A stretch of DNA of 64,000 nucleotides from Mytilus californianus (Eukaryota): positions 79,236,001 through 79,300,000 of the forward strand of contig NW_026262690.1 of the NCBI RefSeq assembly GCF_021869535.1. Reading direction: 5' to 3'. The position numbers and the translations under genes are program-made. The notes below the pieces were generated by a model. The model worked only from the letters and a program-made list of their open reading frames with translations. It was not told the DNA's origin and ran no database searches. How positions within the stretch are numbered: position 1 is the stretch's first letter; the number at the start of each line of letters is the position of its first letter. This document shows positions 11,747-25,000 of the stretch, in pieces.

Positions 11747-11936
11747 CATGTTGTACATTGATGTCGGTAACGAGTTGACCAGTCTTTGGTTGATCCCCTC
11801 TCTGGGGTGTATATATACTTGGCAATGTTAGACCATTGCTCATTTAATTTCATATTTTTAAGCTTATCAATATAAGTGTTATATTTCGATTTTAAATTGC
11901 TAACAGTTTGGTGATTTCCAACAGAGTTTTTATAAT
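11747..11936 (-). pseudogene. Decayed duplicate of LLTP exon 27
   Basis: Aligns to 17099-17301 with splice sites retained and flanking homology out to about 12285 (vs about 17643); net 13-nt deletion causes a frameshift. Confidence 0.9.
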
Positions 11937-12469
11937 CTGAAATTATTAGATTTTACATAAATATTAATTTATAAAAATGTAAGCAATAAGAAATACTAAA
12001 AAAAAAATGTAAGCAATAAGAAATACTAAAAGTATTTTTTTCCGTTTCTTTGTTAAGAAATATATTTTTATGTTAACTTATATTAACAATTTGTTGTTGT
12101 TGATGACCATCTGATTCTTAAAATAGTACATATTTTGTGATCAAAGATACAAGGCTTATACATAGTACGCTGGACGCAGCTTTCGCCTGCTTTAAACTCA
12201 TTTGCTGTCATATTTTTTGTTTAATTAAGGAATATATCTCCCGCATGCTAAACTATCATTCCTTGTCCGGATTTGGCTATACTTTAGATGTGTACTGATT
12301 GATATATTAGTTATAGATACATGAGTTCTTTTATTAGCTATTATTGGCTTTGAACTAGCTGCTAGTAACTGCGAATACTCTGTACTTTGTGTCTTTTTTG
12401 TTGTAAGGGATATATAAGTACCCTGCTATATCCGGTCTGAGTTTTTGTTGGATTTTTTTTTTTATTTAT

Positions 12470-12960
12470 AGAAATAAGAAGATGTGGTATGAGTGCCAAT
12501 GAGACAACTCTCCATCCAAGTCACAATGTGTAAAAAGTATACAAATAAAGGTCAAAGTACGGCCTTCAACTCGGAGCCTTGTAAAGATCCGATGAGTTAA
12601 GCCAGTTTCACCTGATTTGTATAGTTTGTTCTTATGTTGTGCTGTAACACCACTATCCCAGGGGATAGGGTCGAACGCTAACAAACATGTTTAACCCCGC
12701 CACATTTTTTATGTGCCTGTCTAGGTTTAGCTAGCTATAAAACCAGGTTTAATTCACCATTTTCTATATAAGGAAATGCCTGTACCAAGTCAGGAATATA
12801 ACAGTAACTGTTGTTATTCGTTTGATGTGTTTAAGCTTTTGATTTTGCAATTTTACAAAGGACTTTCCGTTTTAAATTTCCCTTGGATTTCGGTATTTTT
12901 GTTATTTTACTTTTTTTTCCAAGTCAGAAATCCTGTAGTTCAGTGGTTGTCGTTGGTTAA
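12470..12960 (+). repeat. High-copy dispersed repeat (AGATGTGGTATGAGTGCCAATGAGACAACTCTCCA family)
   Basis: Related copies at about 15425-15630 (-), 45958-46680 (+), 52690-53075 (-), 53550-53940 (-), 55265-55630 (+), 56340-56630 (-); explains recurrent track ORFs such as ...ANETTLHKRPND. Confidence 0.75.
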
Positions 12961-13992
12961 TGTCTGTCATACTTGTTTTTCGTAGAACTGTTTTGTTATA
13001 AATTAGGTCGTTAGTTTTCTCAACTGAATTGTTTCATATTTTTCATGTCAGGGTCTTCTATAGCCGAGTATACGGCATGGGTATCGTACGGTTGCCTATG
13101 ATTGCTTACATACACTTCATTTGAACTTGTGTGGATTGTTGTCTCGTTTGCAACCATACAACATCTACTTATATTTGTATTTAGGTCCTTTTTAGGTTTG
13201 ATTAGCTCCCCAAAGTGTTTGATGAATTTAAGATATTCAAATAGTTTGACCTCGAGCATCATTGAAGAGACATAAATTGTCGAAATGCGCACCTGGGGCA
13301 GTGAAATTGATACTGTTTATAAAATTGAGAATGTAAATGGGGAATATGTCAAAGTGACAGCAACCGGACCAAAGAGCAGACAAAGACGAAGGCCACCAAT
13401 GGGTCTTTAACGCAGCGAAAAAATCCCGCACCCGGAGATGGTCCTCAGCTGGCCCCTAAATAAAATTGTGTACTAGTTCAGTGAAAATGGACGTCACACT
13501 AAACTCCAAAACATACAAATGAACTAAACTTAAAAAACATACAAGACTAACAAAGGCCAGAGGCTCCTGACTTGGGACAGGCGCAAAAATGCGTCGGGGT
13601 TAAATATGCTTTTTGAGATCTCAACCCTCCCCCTATACCTCTAGCCAATGTAGAATAAAGAAACACATAGCAATACGCACAGTAAAACTCAGTTTAAAAG
13701 AAGTCCGAGTCCGATGTCAGAATAGGTAACAAAAGAAACTAAGCAAAATGACAATGATACATAAATGAACAAAGGACTACTAGCAGTTACTGACATGTCA
13801 GCTCCAGACCCCACTTAAACTGATTGAAAGATTATGGCTTCATCATATGAAAAACAAGTACAATCTCTCCCGTTAGGGGTTTAGTATCACACCATCATAA
13901 AATATATGAGAAGAACATAACCCGTTTCATGCCAACAACTGGTTTTAGAATAAATGTGTTTATTTCCGATGCAAAGACCCTATGCGTGAATC

Positions 13993-14559
13993 GATTTACT
14001 TGATAGAGGTTTTCTCCTTACAAGGAAGTGCTTCATTGTTAAGCATTCGATATTAAGAAGAAAAAGAAAGATCATTCCAGTTTGATTCAGAATAATGTGT
14101 TTGTGTATGAATTGATTTTTTTAGATATAACACCTTGTTTATCGTCTTTCATTTGAGTTTTAGAAAAATATCCACCAAAATTAGTCCCATTTAATGAGTA
14201 GTTCAAAAAGTTTTATTTGCCACTGAAGACAAAAATTCAATGAGCAAATTTAAAAAGAAGGGTCGATTGTTGCAAAAATTTGGTTTTATAATAAATATGA
14301 TATCTTCTTTATTAAAAAATTCAGAAAACACGAAAGGGACAATATCCCGTTGGAATAAGTTTATAAGGTACAGCCAAACTTCCAAACCATCACTTTCATC
14401 AACATTCATTTGAGTTTCAAGGAAAATATCCGCCAAATTTGGTCCCTTTAATGAGTAATTCAAGCAGTTTTATTTGCAACTGAGCGTTAAACAGCCATCC
14501 ATCATTACCATCGTTCATTCGGGGTGCATATACAGGGTAGTTTGATCATGTGGTTACAT
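13993..14559. repeat. Dispersed ~570-bp repeat, copy 1
   Basis: Near-identical to 58830-59417; both give the same MNYSLKGPNLADIFLE... track ORF. Confidence 0.85.
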
Positions 14560-14934
14560 TTAGTCGTGTTTAATTTTCTAAATGCGTCAAATTCAAATTT
14601 TTGGCAAGTATATCCTTTATATGTGTAAATATCTTTTATTTTGTGGGGTTTTCCCTAGTTGATTTGATGAGTGCATGTTTCTTTCATTATTTCTCCTATC
14701 CAAGTATAATATATTGAGAATAAGTGTTTAAACATTTCCTATGGACAATAGAAAAAAATAGATATCGTGTATACCCAAGAAGACAACATCCAAAAACATA
14801 CAATAAACCCAACAAGACAACTAGAAATCAATAACCTATCTTCATATAGTGTCCGTACTAAATTGCTCGATATACCTAGAACCAAGTAAAATTGAAAAGA
14901 CTTAACAAATACTATATGCAATGCTTAAATTTAG

Positions 14935-14940
14935 TTTATT
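14935..14940 (-). terminator. Polyadenylation signal AATAAA of the LLTP gene
   Basis: AATAAA about 95 nt after the stop codon. Confidence 0.55.
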
Positions 14941-15034
14941 TCATTAAAAGTTTCACAACATTTCCAAAATATCAATTAAAAGTTAATAATCACAGTTTTC
15001 TATTTCATGGTATTTCAAAGTATGAAATGTGTAT

Positions 15035-16036
15035 TCAACATCTATCTTGAACTTGCCATGCGTTTCCTAGAGCGAAAGCGTCGGATGTAATTTGATTATT
15101 TGGCATAATCATATCATCGTAACGTTCATGGTTTAGAGTACCAAGAAGTCCACCTGTTTTACCAAAGTACCACTTGCTCAAATCAATGTCGACCATATCT
15201 ACGGTTGGATCGGATTTAACTTGGAATCCACGACCCTCAATGAACACCTTACCATCGACAGAGAAAACTGCAAATTCTGTTGATCTGTAAGGTAGATCCA
15301 TAACTACACCATCGACACTGACCTACAAGAGAGAACGTATAATAAGGTGAATCCTTTTGTTATAATTCAAAAGCAAAAACACAATCATGTACATGCAAAA
15401 TGCAAATGTCTAGTTGAGTCATACAGTTATTATTTTGTACATAAATTAGGCCGTTAGTTTTCTCGTTTGAATTGTTTTACATTTTTTATTTCGGGGCCTT
15501 TTACAGCTGACTATGCGGTATGGGCTTTGCTCATTGTTGTATGGGGACCTATACTTGTTAATGTCTGTGTCATTTGGTCTCTTGTGGAGAGTTGTCTCAT
15601 TGGAAATCATACCACATCTTCTTTTTATATGCAGTGTAAACCTTACTGCCATTTTTCAATCATCACAATTTGATAATCTTTTCACTACTTATACATACAT
15701 CATATTTTAATTTTCTCAATGGAGTCTTGCAAAGAATATTCTCGACATAAATTTGTGGATAAACACAAAATATTTCATGTATATTGTAAATATAAAAATT
15801 GATTAATATTCCTCATATGTAAAGAGCTATAGTTACCTTTCCATTTGGTGATAATTGAACATTTTGTTGGTGAGAAGTCAAGATCAACTTCTTCTTTTGT
15901 CTGCCCAAATAGTTCATGATGATACTGAAGTTGCCGTCTACATAGTCTCGTGCAAGAACGTAGCTACATCGCCCACTGAAGTCAAATTCTTGACCATCGA
16001 AAGTTGTAAAGTGTCGGCCATGTACTTTTGCACTTA
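15035..16036 (-). CDS. LLTP exons 29-30: von Willebrand factor type D domain and stop
   Basis: HGRHFTTFDGQEFDFSGRCSYVLARD; WYFGKTGGLLGTLNHERYDD...NAWQVQDRC then TGA at 15035-15037. Confidence 0.92.
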
Positions 16037-19000
16037 CTGTAGAAATTATATTAAATATACAATTATTCTTTATTTTTATAATAAAGAAAATAGTTTTTAA
16101 AAACATACAATTTAATAGAAAAAACATGTAATTGTATTATCATTCTATAATTTTTTTGCTAATTTTTACATGTTTGTTTAGTATGATATATAAATAACAA
16201 TTCTTTAAAAAACCCTAAGTAGAAGAACGAAAACTTTGCGACTAAATACAAAAAGACAAAGAGTGTTAACAAATATCTGCACATTCAGGAATTTGCATTT
16301 TTTCGTAAAAGTCATAGTGTTACCATTAGATAAAGCCATTTTGTAGTGGAAATACTCCATTTCCAAGGGTGTACAGTGATAAGATAAAAAAATATTATGT
16401 CCTTATTTCAAAAAAAAAATTTATATATGCATTATCACAACATCCTTGTTTGTCTTCATTTTTCTTAAAAAAATTTAAACGAGGTTCTCAGTACAAAAAT
16501 TCGAAAATTTATTACAAACCTGTCCAGGTCATGTGTGGCATGTAATCCTCTAAAGATCCAAAGAAATTCAGTTTTGGAGTTTGAAAGCTCATATCTGGAA
16601 AGTATTGTCTTAAAGAAATGTCTTTTAGTGAGCTGAGAGTGCGTACATCAACAGGCAGGTAAAAATCTACTATAATCTCTCCATTTGGTATATCATATTT
16701 AATAACTTTGGATTTGAGTACATTTCCGAAAACCTCTTTTAAAACAGACATCTCCTTGGTAGCATCTTTTTTCAATTCTTCAAATATTTTGTCAACTAAA
16801 GCATTTACGTTTTCTTCAAATTCCCAGTATTTGTATGCAGATGATCCCTTCAAAAGAATATGTGAATGTTATTTTACTTTAAATATCATATATATATATA
16901 TATAAATGTTGTTACTTTAATATATCTTTGTATATTTAATATCTTTTTTCAGTTTTTCACTTTTGTTCAAGCAAATAATAACATTTATGCTATTAAAATT
17001 TAATTTCTTATCGGTCTTACCCCTTAATCAGTAAATAATTTTCGTAACATTTTTAAAAAATCAGCCACTCAAATCAATGAACACAAACTTATACCTACCA
17101 TGTTGTACATTGGTGTCGGTAACGAGTTGACAAGTCTTTGGTTGATCCCCTCTCTGATGTTGTATATGCTTGATGTGTATTGGTTGGCAATGCTAGACCA
17201 TTGCTCATTTAATTTCATATTTTTAAGCTGATCCATATAAGTGTTATATTTCGATTTTAAATTGACAACAGTTTGGTGATTTCCAACAGAGTTTTTGTAA
17301 TCTGAAATTATAAGATTTTATATAAATATAAATATATATAGATGTATAAGCAAAAAAAAAATACAAAAGTTAATTTATATAGTTCCTTTGTATAAAAGAC
17401 GAAACTATTTTTTCATGTGAACTTACATCAACAATGTTTTGTTGTTGATGATTTTCTGATTTTAAACACTGTGACGAGTTTATGATCAAATCTGCAATGT
17501 AAGGCTTATTACGTAGTACGCTGCACGCAGCTTTCGTCTGCTTAACTCTTATTTGCTGTTATAAAACTTTGAAATCATTTTAAACAAAGGAATATATCTC
17601 CCTCATGAAAGCTCTCATTCCTTGTCCGGATTTGGCTATACTTTACGTCCTTTACGAGTGTAATAAATTGAAGATTTTCAAATATGTTGGTCTCGAGTCT
17701 CACCGAAGAGACATTGTCGAAATGTGCATCTGGTGCAGTAAAATAGATACCGTTAATGTTATAACAAATGATTAAACTTTCTATATACAGAAATACCTAA
17801 TACAATTTCCTTTTTGACTTAAAATTTATTTTGTAAGTTATCCCCTGAATTTAATTTAATAAACTGAGGTATTCAGTAGATAACAATTACCCAGTAATCT
17901 CTGATAAGAATTTGTTGTAATGCTGTTTAACTGGCCACCCATGTTGATATAAGTATCTTTGGAATAGGCATCCAGTCTCTGAAACATAAAAGTAACAGTG
18001 TAAAATAAAGCTTCTGACAATTTGCAGGTAATCCAAATAAATTTCATAAGAAAGTCGTTTTTGTGACATTTTCGAGTATACTGTGTTTAAGTTGTATACA
18101 AGTTAGTGACACATCTCCATTAATCCGGATAGGATGTGTACACGGATTCAACTGTACCCTCAGCTGTCGAGGGTGCTCCGAATAACGGAGGGATCTACGC
18201 TTATACATACGTTGACAATTTCTGATTGTTCTTACATGCAGAAAGGAATCATCTGGAGTACGAACAGATTTTCAAAGAGTTTATTTTTAATTGTGAAAAG
18301 TAAAGAAATTTAACTAATAACACCAGCCAAAAATGTTTTATCGTCTCTTTATCGTTTATACCAGGTTTTGGGGTTTCAAATAGTTTGAACACGAGCATCA
18401 TTGAAGAGACATTGACGAAATGCATAGCTGGTGCAGTAAATTTGATACCGTTAAAATTATTACAAACCTGTTGTAGCTGTTCAAGACTGTTCATGTATTC
18501 ACCAATTTTATGTTTGACTGGCCATCTCCCCCAAGCTTCATTACAATCTTCTGCAAATTCACTAAAACAATAAAAATAAATATGTTGTTACACTTGTGGC
18601 AGTCTTTAAGCAATTTAGTTCATCTGTATTCTTCGATACTCTAACTGCTATTTAGTCTTTAAAGTTTGGCCACAAAATTCATAAACTAAATTAAACAACT
18701 TTTTTCGAGTGAGATAAAAACGTACCCGATTCTTGTCATGGTAGTATCAACAGAATTACAAATGTCTTGAAGATAAAAGGCATTGTCTGCTTTCAATGTT
18801 CTGAGTTCAGACAGTTTGTCATTGATGGCATCAGCATATGATTTGACTTCTTCTGCATAGGAAGCTTGGAATAATCGTCTCTTGTATAATATTTCTTTGT
18901 TAATTTCATCAGAAGACGCTTCAATTGCCATACCAGATCTTATGCCATATTCTTCAATTCGTTTTGTTAGTTCAGCCTGAAAGATGTACGAACTAAATGA

Positions 19001-22000
19001 AGTTTGCTAATTCTTTGAATGTTTCAAAAAACAATTTTTCATAATGTTGATGGTTAATACTGCATAAACAGAAAGCAAACTGAAGCGGATGTGTATGTCC
19101 ATAAGGCTTAGCTTCCACTGGAGTGGAATACCATACAAAAATGAACTGTTTCTATTTTCATTTGCAACTTTAACATTCTGGCATGGTTTGTGTCGCTCAT
19201 ACTTTTTTGTACGACATCATTGACTTTTCACCTGTCTTTTTTTTTTAGGTTGGTAGTGGTTTTTATGGTGTTCAATATCTTTCTTATTCTTACGGTTCCT
19301 GTTTACCCCTGTCATCTTTTTGCTCCTATCTCTATAAGACATTAACTACACTAAGGGAATGATTTATAAGACATTTCTTCATATGCAAAATTAGCCTCTG
19401 TTCCATGTTCGCTATCTATAAATAACTGATATATCTGAAAGTTGTTGAAAAAAATTACAAATATACCTTGAGATCACTGATAATTGATGGACGCCAGTGA
19501 ACACGTGTATGAAGAATCTTGGATGTTTTTAATCGGAGATTAAGCAAGCTGTCTACAGTTTTCTTCTGATTTACATTTCTGTACAGTTCTGCAGATATTC
19601 CTTTCTCGTCAGAGAATTTAGCATTCACATGGAGTGTATTGTCTGGGTTTTCTGAAAATAGACAGATCAAGAATTTAAATTGAGGGAATTTTCTGTAAGA
19701 AAAGAATATAAGGTATCACTTTAAACCATTCAACTTAAAAAAAAATGATTACTCTATTTATTCAATTATTGAACGCTTATTTTTGATTTTTGCATCTAAA
19801 GTGCAACTTAATAAGGAAGGATGACTTACTGATATCATAGTTCATGTTGAAATCCAGGCTACTATCATTAGGGTCAACTGTCAGCTCTGTATTGATTGGC
19901 TTGGTATCATCATAAAGATTTTTGATTGTCAGTTTGAAAGGTGATGTCTCAACACTAGCATCCATTTTCATTGTTTTGATTGGAGAAAGAACCTGTGGTA
20001 CAAAATTCAAAGATTAAAATTCGGGGTTAACTTTTCACTTGATCATTCATTGATAGTATATTCAAGTAGATTTTCAGTAAGAAGTTTCACTTCATATACG
20101 GAAACACAAACTCATAAAATAAATTTTTTTGATTAGTGTTTTTGTTTTTTTCCTTTATTCAACCAGTATGGAAGAAAATGAACAGAAACATATTCACACA
20201 ATATAAGTTTATATTTATATCTTAAGTCTAACTAAGTCAATACCTGTATATTCAGTTGACGTTTGAGTTTATCAATCTCGGTTATTAAAGCGATGTTCTT
20301 TGTTTGACGTCTTGCAGTCAGGTATTGGATATCAAAACCAGCTGAGAGTTTGTCGTCAGATTTTCCGAATATTGCCTTAGTTTGAATGTCCACGGTAGTA
20401 TATGGGTGACTTATACCAAGTAAGAACTTGTAATCCTCCCCACGTCCTGATACATCTTCTAATTTTGAACTCAATGTAAAAGTTTTACGTGAATCTTTTG
20501 AGTATCTGAATGCTGTACGGCCATCATAAATAACGTTTCCATATCCAATTAACATTTTGTAATCAAGTTGGATATCCTATAAAATACCAAGAACACTATT
20601 ATTAAACTGCATGCAGGAGAAAATAAAATAAGAAAATAAATGAAACTGTATTTTTTTTGTAAATAAATTTCAGTGCCTTCGAGTAATTTTGATCTGTACT
20701 TAAATATTTGTGCCATAGAATAGACTGTAAATATTATATGATTAGATAACTAACAATACAGATGGTTTAAATAATTGAATCATTAGATTTGCTGCAATAC
20801 AAAAGATACTAATGTAGTATCGAGTTTAAACATTCTACATTATTCTTTATATACCATATGTTCTTCAAAAGCCATTAGAATTTACCTTTTTTAATATCGT
20901 ATTTTGATAACTTAAATTATTGTTTTCTTTTTTTGAAAAAAAAATAATAAATATTTTTAAATTACCTTCCCGAGACTTGGCATTTCTAAACCCAATGTAA
21001 GTTCATCTCCATTAGTTCTGGTATTTTTTGTAGTCCTCATTGCTACTCTTTTGTTTTGGTCTCTCTCTGCATCCCACGAGAAATCGAATACTTGACTGCT
21101 TATTCCATATCCTGATGATGATACAGTTGATAATACAACTGTCCTAGATGGTAGCTGTAGAGTGTATTTTTCTTGTCCGTTGTTTTCGTGTATTGTTTCA
21201 AATCCATGTGTTCTGACATCATCTTTCTCTATAAATAGAACAATTTTGGACGAATCATCAGGACGGTGATACGATGCCCCAATGGCGTAAGATTTAGACC
21301 CGCACACACCTCTATAGCTAGCAATCTGTTTCCTGTCAGACCAGTCTGAATTGTATGTAATGTCCATTCTGCACCTGCTGTCTCTATCTAGCTTGTTCCA
21401 ATTTACAAGCATGTATGTTTCTGAGGAGAACAGTTTATTTATTTCAAACCTCATTAGTCTCGGTTCATTGACATTAATTATCAGTGTTATTTCCTCTCTT
21501 TTCTCAGCATCCATTTCGAAATCAACATCGTACAATGTTTCTTTGTTGATTTTCATATTTGTTGCTACTATCAAATGATTTGTTTGGCTACGCCAGTCGT
21601 ATTTTACATACCCGTAAGCAGTTCGAAGAGATTCCCAAGGAGTAGACACTGACAGTGAGGAGTCTGTTTTAGTGAGAGACGCATCTATAGTTATTCCGTT
21701 GCGCTCAGTGAAAAATGCTTCAATGTGGGATTTTAATTCTCCAAGATTTTTTTCATTTTTCATGGACATTCGTATATTTCTCAAATTATTTAATCCTGTT
21801 TTAAGTGTAAGAGATCCATCTAACTCATCGAACCGGTTGCCAGTTAGGCGTGCATCAAAGTCAATTTCAGGTAGGTATGATGTCTGTATATTCAGTGCAG
21901 CATGGTATGGTTTTCTTGATGCAGATGCTTTAACCTGTGTTCTCTTATATCCTCGGATTGGTGTTTCAAGATTAATGCTGAATGAGGATAGAGTTTTTTC

Positions 22001-25000
22001 CATGGCAAGAGTAATCTTTTTTCCTCCATTTGCAGCATTTCCGGACAGTGAGTAGGTGTCGCCTTGCGTTTTCATGTCTGCGTTGACGGAGTATCTGCTT
22101 TGCGGTGTATTCAAGGAAATATCGATCATTTCTTGTGTTATTTTGAGGTTTCCGTTAATTAGAGGATTGTTTTCACTGAGCGTCAAATATGCAGATGATA
22201 TGAGACTGGTTGCTTTCAAATCATGACGATATCTACCGTTCAAATGAGGAATTGCGGTGAGTGGAGTTTGGAGATCGACATTTAAGTACAAACTTTCTGG
22301 TCGATACATTGTGAATCTAGCATTTCCTTCCATCTTTTTGTCTGGTGCATATTGAAGACTTCCGATTGTTGTGAAAGACTTCAGAGATCCAGAATGTTCA
22401 ATCTTGATATTAACATCTTTTAGTTTCTCAAATGGTGTTTGGAAGCTTAGTGAGCCCTCGATAGATGGAAGGTGTTTAAAGGATGCATCTGCTTTGATTG
22501 TCTGGTCGTCATATTTCGCCTCAATGTTTGTTTTAAAGCTTGAAATGTAACCATCATGTGAAATTCTAAGCTCAGACAGTTTAACATTTCCAGATAAAGT
22601 GGTTTTCAGTGTTGCGTCGAAGTCTACAAACATTTCTCCAAGTCTGACCCTTGTTACTTCTTCAATTGCATTCATGTTACCAATGGATGCCTTCACTGTT
22701 GTTCCGAAGGACTTCAGATTTCCGTTTACGCCATATTCTATTTTGATGTCTTCTATAATAGGTGTTAATAGCAGCATGTTCCCTTTGATTGCAATTGAGG
22801 ACCACTCGTGATTGACTTCTCCTCTAACTCCTTCTTTTCCATAGCTAACAGACGATTCGTATCGGAATGCATGCAGATCTCCATTTCCGTTGATAATCAC
22901 TTCAAAGTCTTCCGTTAGTGGTGTTTTTAGACACAGCTCGATTTTCAAACCAGTTGATGTATCAACTTTGCCATTAAGTTGAGTTTTATGTTTTCCAATT
23001 TGCGCGACTGCCTTTCCAGAAATGAGAGATTGCACATTTGAAAATGTCAGTGAAACCTTATTTCTTTCATATTCAGTAAAAGGTGTCTCCAACGTAATTT
23101 CAAGTCCACTAGCAATATCAAGATTTGTTTTTGCCTTGATTTCCTTGTCATTCAGGGTCAATTTGATATTTGAATGGAAATTATTCAATGTACCTTGGAG
23201 TTCGTGGGAAACAGATGCTTTCATGTTTCTGAAAGGTAATTGTATGTCGATATTCATGTCTAAACCATTAGTTAAATCAATGGAGATATCAGATGATAAT
23301 GCCTTTCTGTTGTATTTGAAAAGACTGAATGATTTTAACTGTTCGTCAGACTTTGTTTGTTTCATGCTAGCTGTAACTTCATGTTGTTTTAATCCGCTGT
23401 AAGATAGTTCAGCTTGTGAATCCCAGTTGAAGTCAAATATATTTCCACTTTTTTTAATAATAACTATAATGTCATCAAAATATGGCAGTTTTAGTGTAGC
23501 TTTGCCATCAACATCTTTTCTGGTATCTGCAGAAATGTCGATAGATAGTTCCTTACCATTATAAGCTGTTTTACCGTTTGCTGCAAAATTGCGTATTTCT
23601 CCATTAAGATTGAAGTCTGCTAATAGTTCATGTTTTTCGTCACCATACTGAAGCTCAGCTTTGGTATTGAAGTTTTTGAATTCTCCATCTAAGGAAACTT
23701 CTAGTTGAATATCCTTCGATATTGGCGATTGAAGGGCCATATTTGCGGATAATTTTGAGGTAGTGTCAATGTCGACAGTTAGAGCAGTTCTTTTATTATT
23801 GTATTGAACTTCACCAGATACTTGGAATTGTCTAAGTGTGCCGCTACGTTTAAATGTCGAAACAAATTCATGTTGTTTACTTCCACTGTAGGTTGCACTT
23901 GCTTGTGATCTGAAATCAGTTGAAGTACCTTGATGGTCAAGGAAGATTTCAATATCCTCAGTTAAAGGTGTTGACATACGTCCCTTTAATTTTAACCCAC
24001 GAGTAAAATCGGTTTCAACTGAAGTGGTGACTCTCTTGCCATTATACGTAGCGTCTCCCGAAAACTGGAATTTTTGTAGTGCACCAGACCCTTTAAATGT
24101 TATGACGGCTTCATGTTGTTTGGATCCACTATATGAAATGTCAGCGTGTGACTTGAAATTACTAGCAGTACCTTTATGGTCAATTATAATTTCTATGTCG
24201 TTGGTATATGGAGTTATCAAAGTGCCCTTTGTCTTGATACCTTCTGTTGAGTCGAATTGTAGTTCTGATGACACTCTCTTGGAATTATAAGATGCTTCAC
24301 CTGAAGTTCTGAAATTTGTCATGTCTCCATTATGCTCAAATGCAGCATAAAGTTCGTGTTGTTTCTTTCCGCTGACGATTATTTCTCCCTTCGTATTAAA
24401 GTTCAACAGCTCCCCTCTATGGTATACTTTCAATTCGATATCTTTTGTGTATGGACTTTTGATTATAATTTTGCCTTTTATTCCTGTAGATTGCTCTAAT
24501 GTTGCTTCTATTGATGCTACCTTAGTGTTGTATGACATTTCTACAAATACTCTATTGTCACGATTCTGGAGTTCAATATTGGCTTCATGCTGTTTTCTGC
24601 CGTTGTAACCAATCTCTCCATGACTGATGAAATTATGTAGAGTACCTTGATGAGAGAAAGAAACTGTTATATCATCAGTGAAGGGTGTTCTTAAAGTAAC
24701 TGCTCCCTCGGGATCGTTCAAGATATCGAAATCCACATCACTCGAAATCTTTTTACTGTTGTAAGTTATTGACCCCGCAGACTGGAATTTTCTTAATTCG
24801 CCCTCAAATTTGAAAACTGTAATTACCTCATAAATTTTAGACCCTTCATATATCACATGAAATTGATTGCTAAAATCGATCAATTTACCATTGTGTGAAA
24901 ATGATACACGAATGTCTTTGGTCATAGGAGTGTTCAATGAAAATGAGGATTGAACTCCATTTGTACTATCAAATGATACTGATGCAGTTACTCTCTTTGT

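Noticed and set aside
297-11936. Duplicated exons 27-28 as a functional alternative 3' end
   Set aside because: Both copies are frameshifted and, when spliced together, reach a stop within about 15 codons of the exon 28 copy.
14203-14463. MNYSLKGPNLADIFLE... ORF present twice as a duplicated gene
   Set aside because: It lies within a dispersed repeat, the two copies diverge in frame at the 3' end, and there is no recognisable domain.
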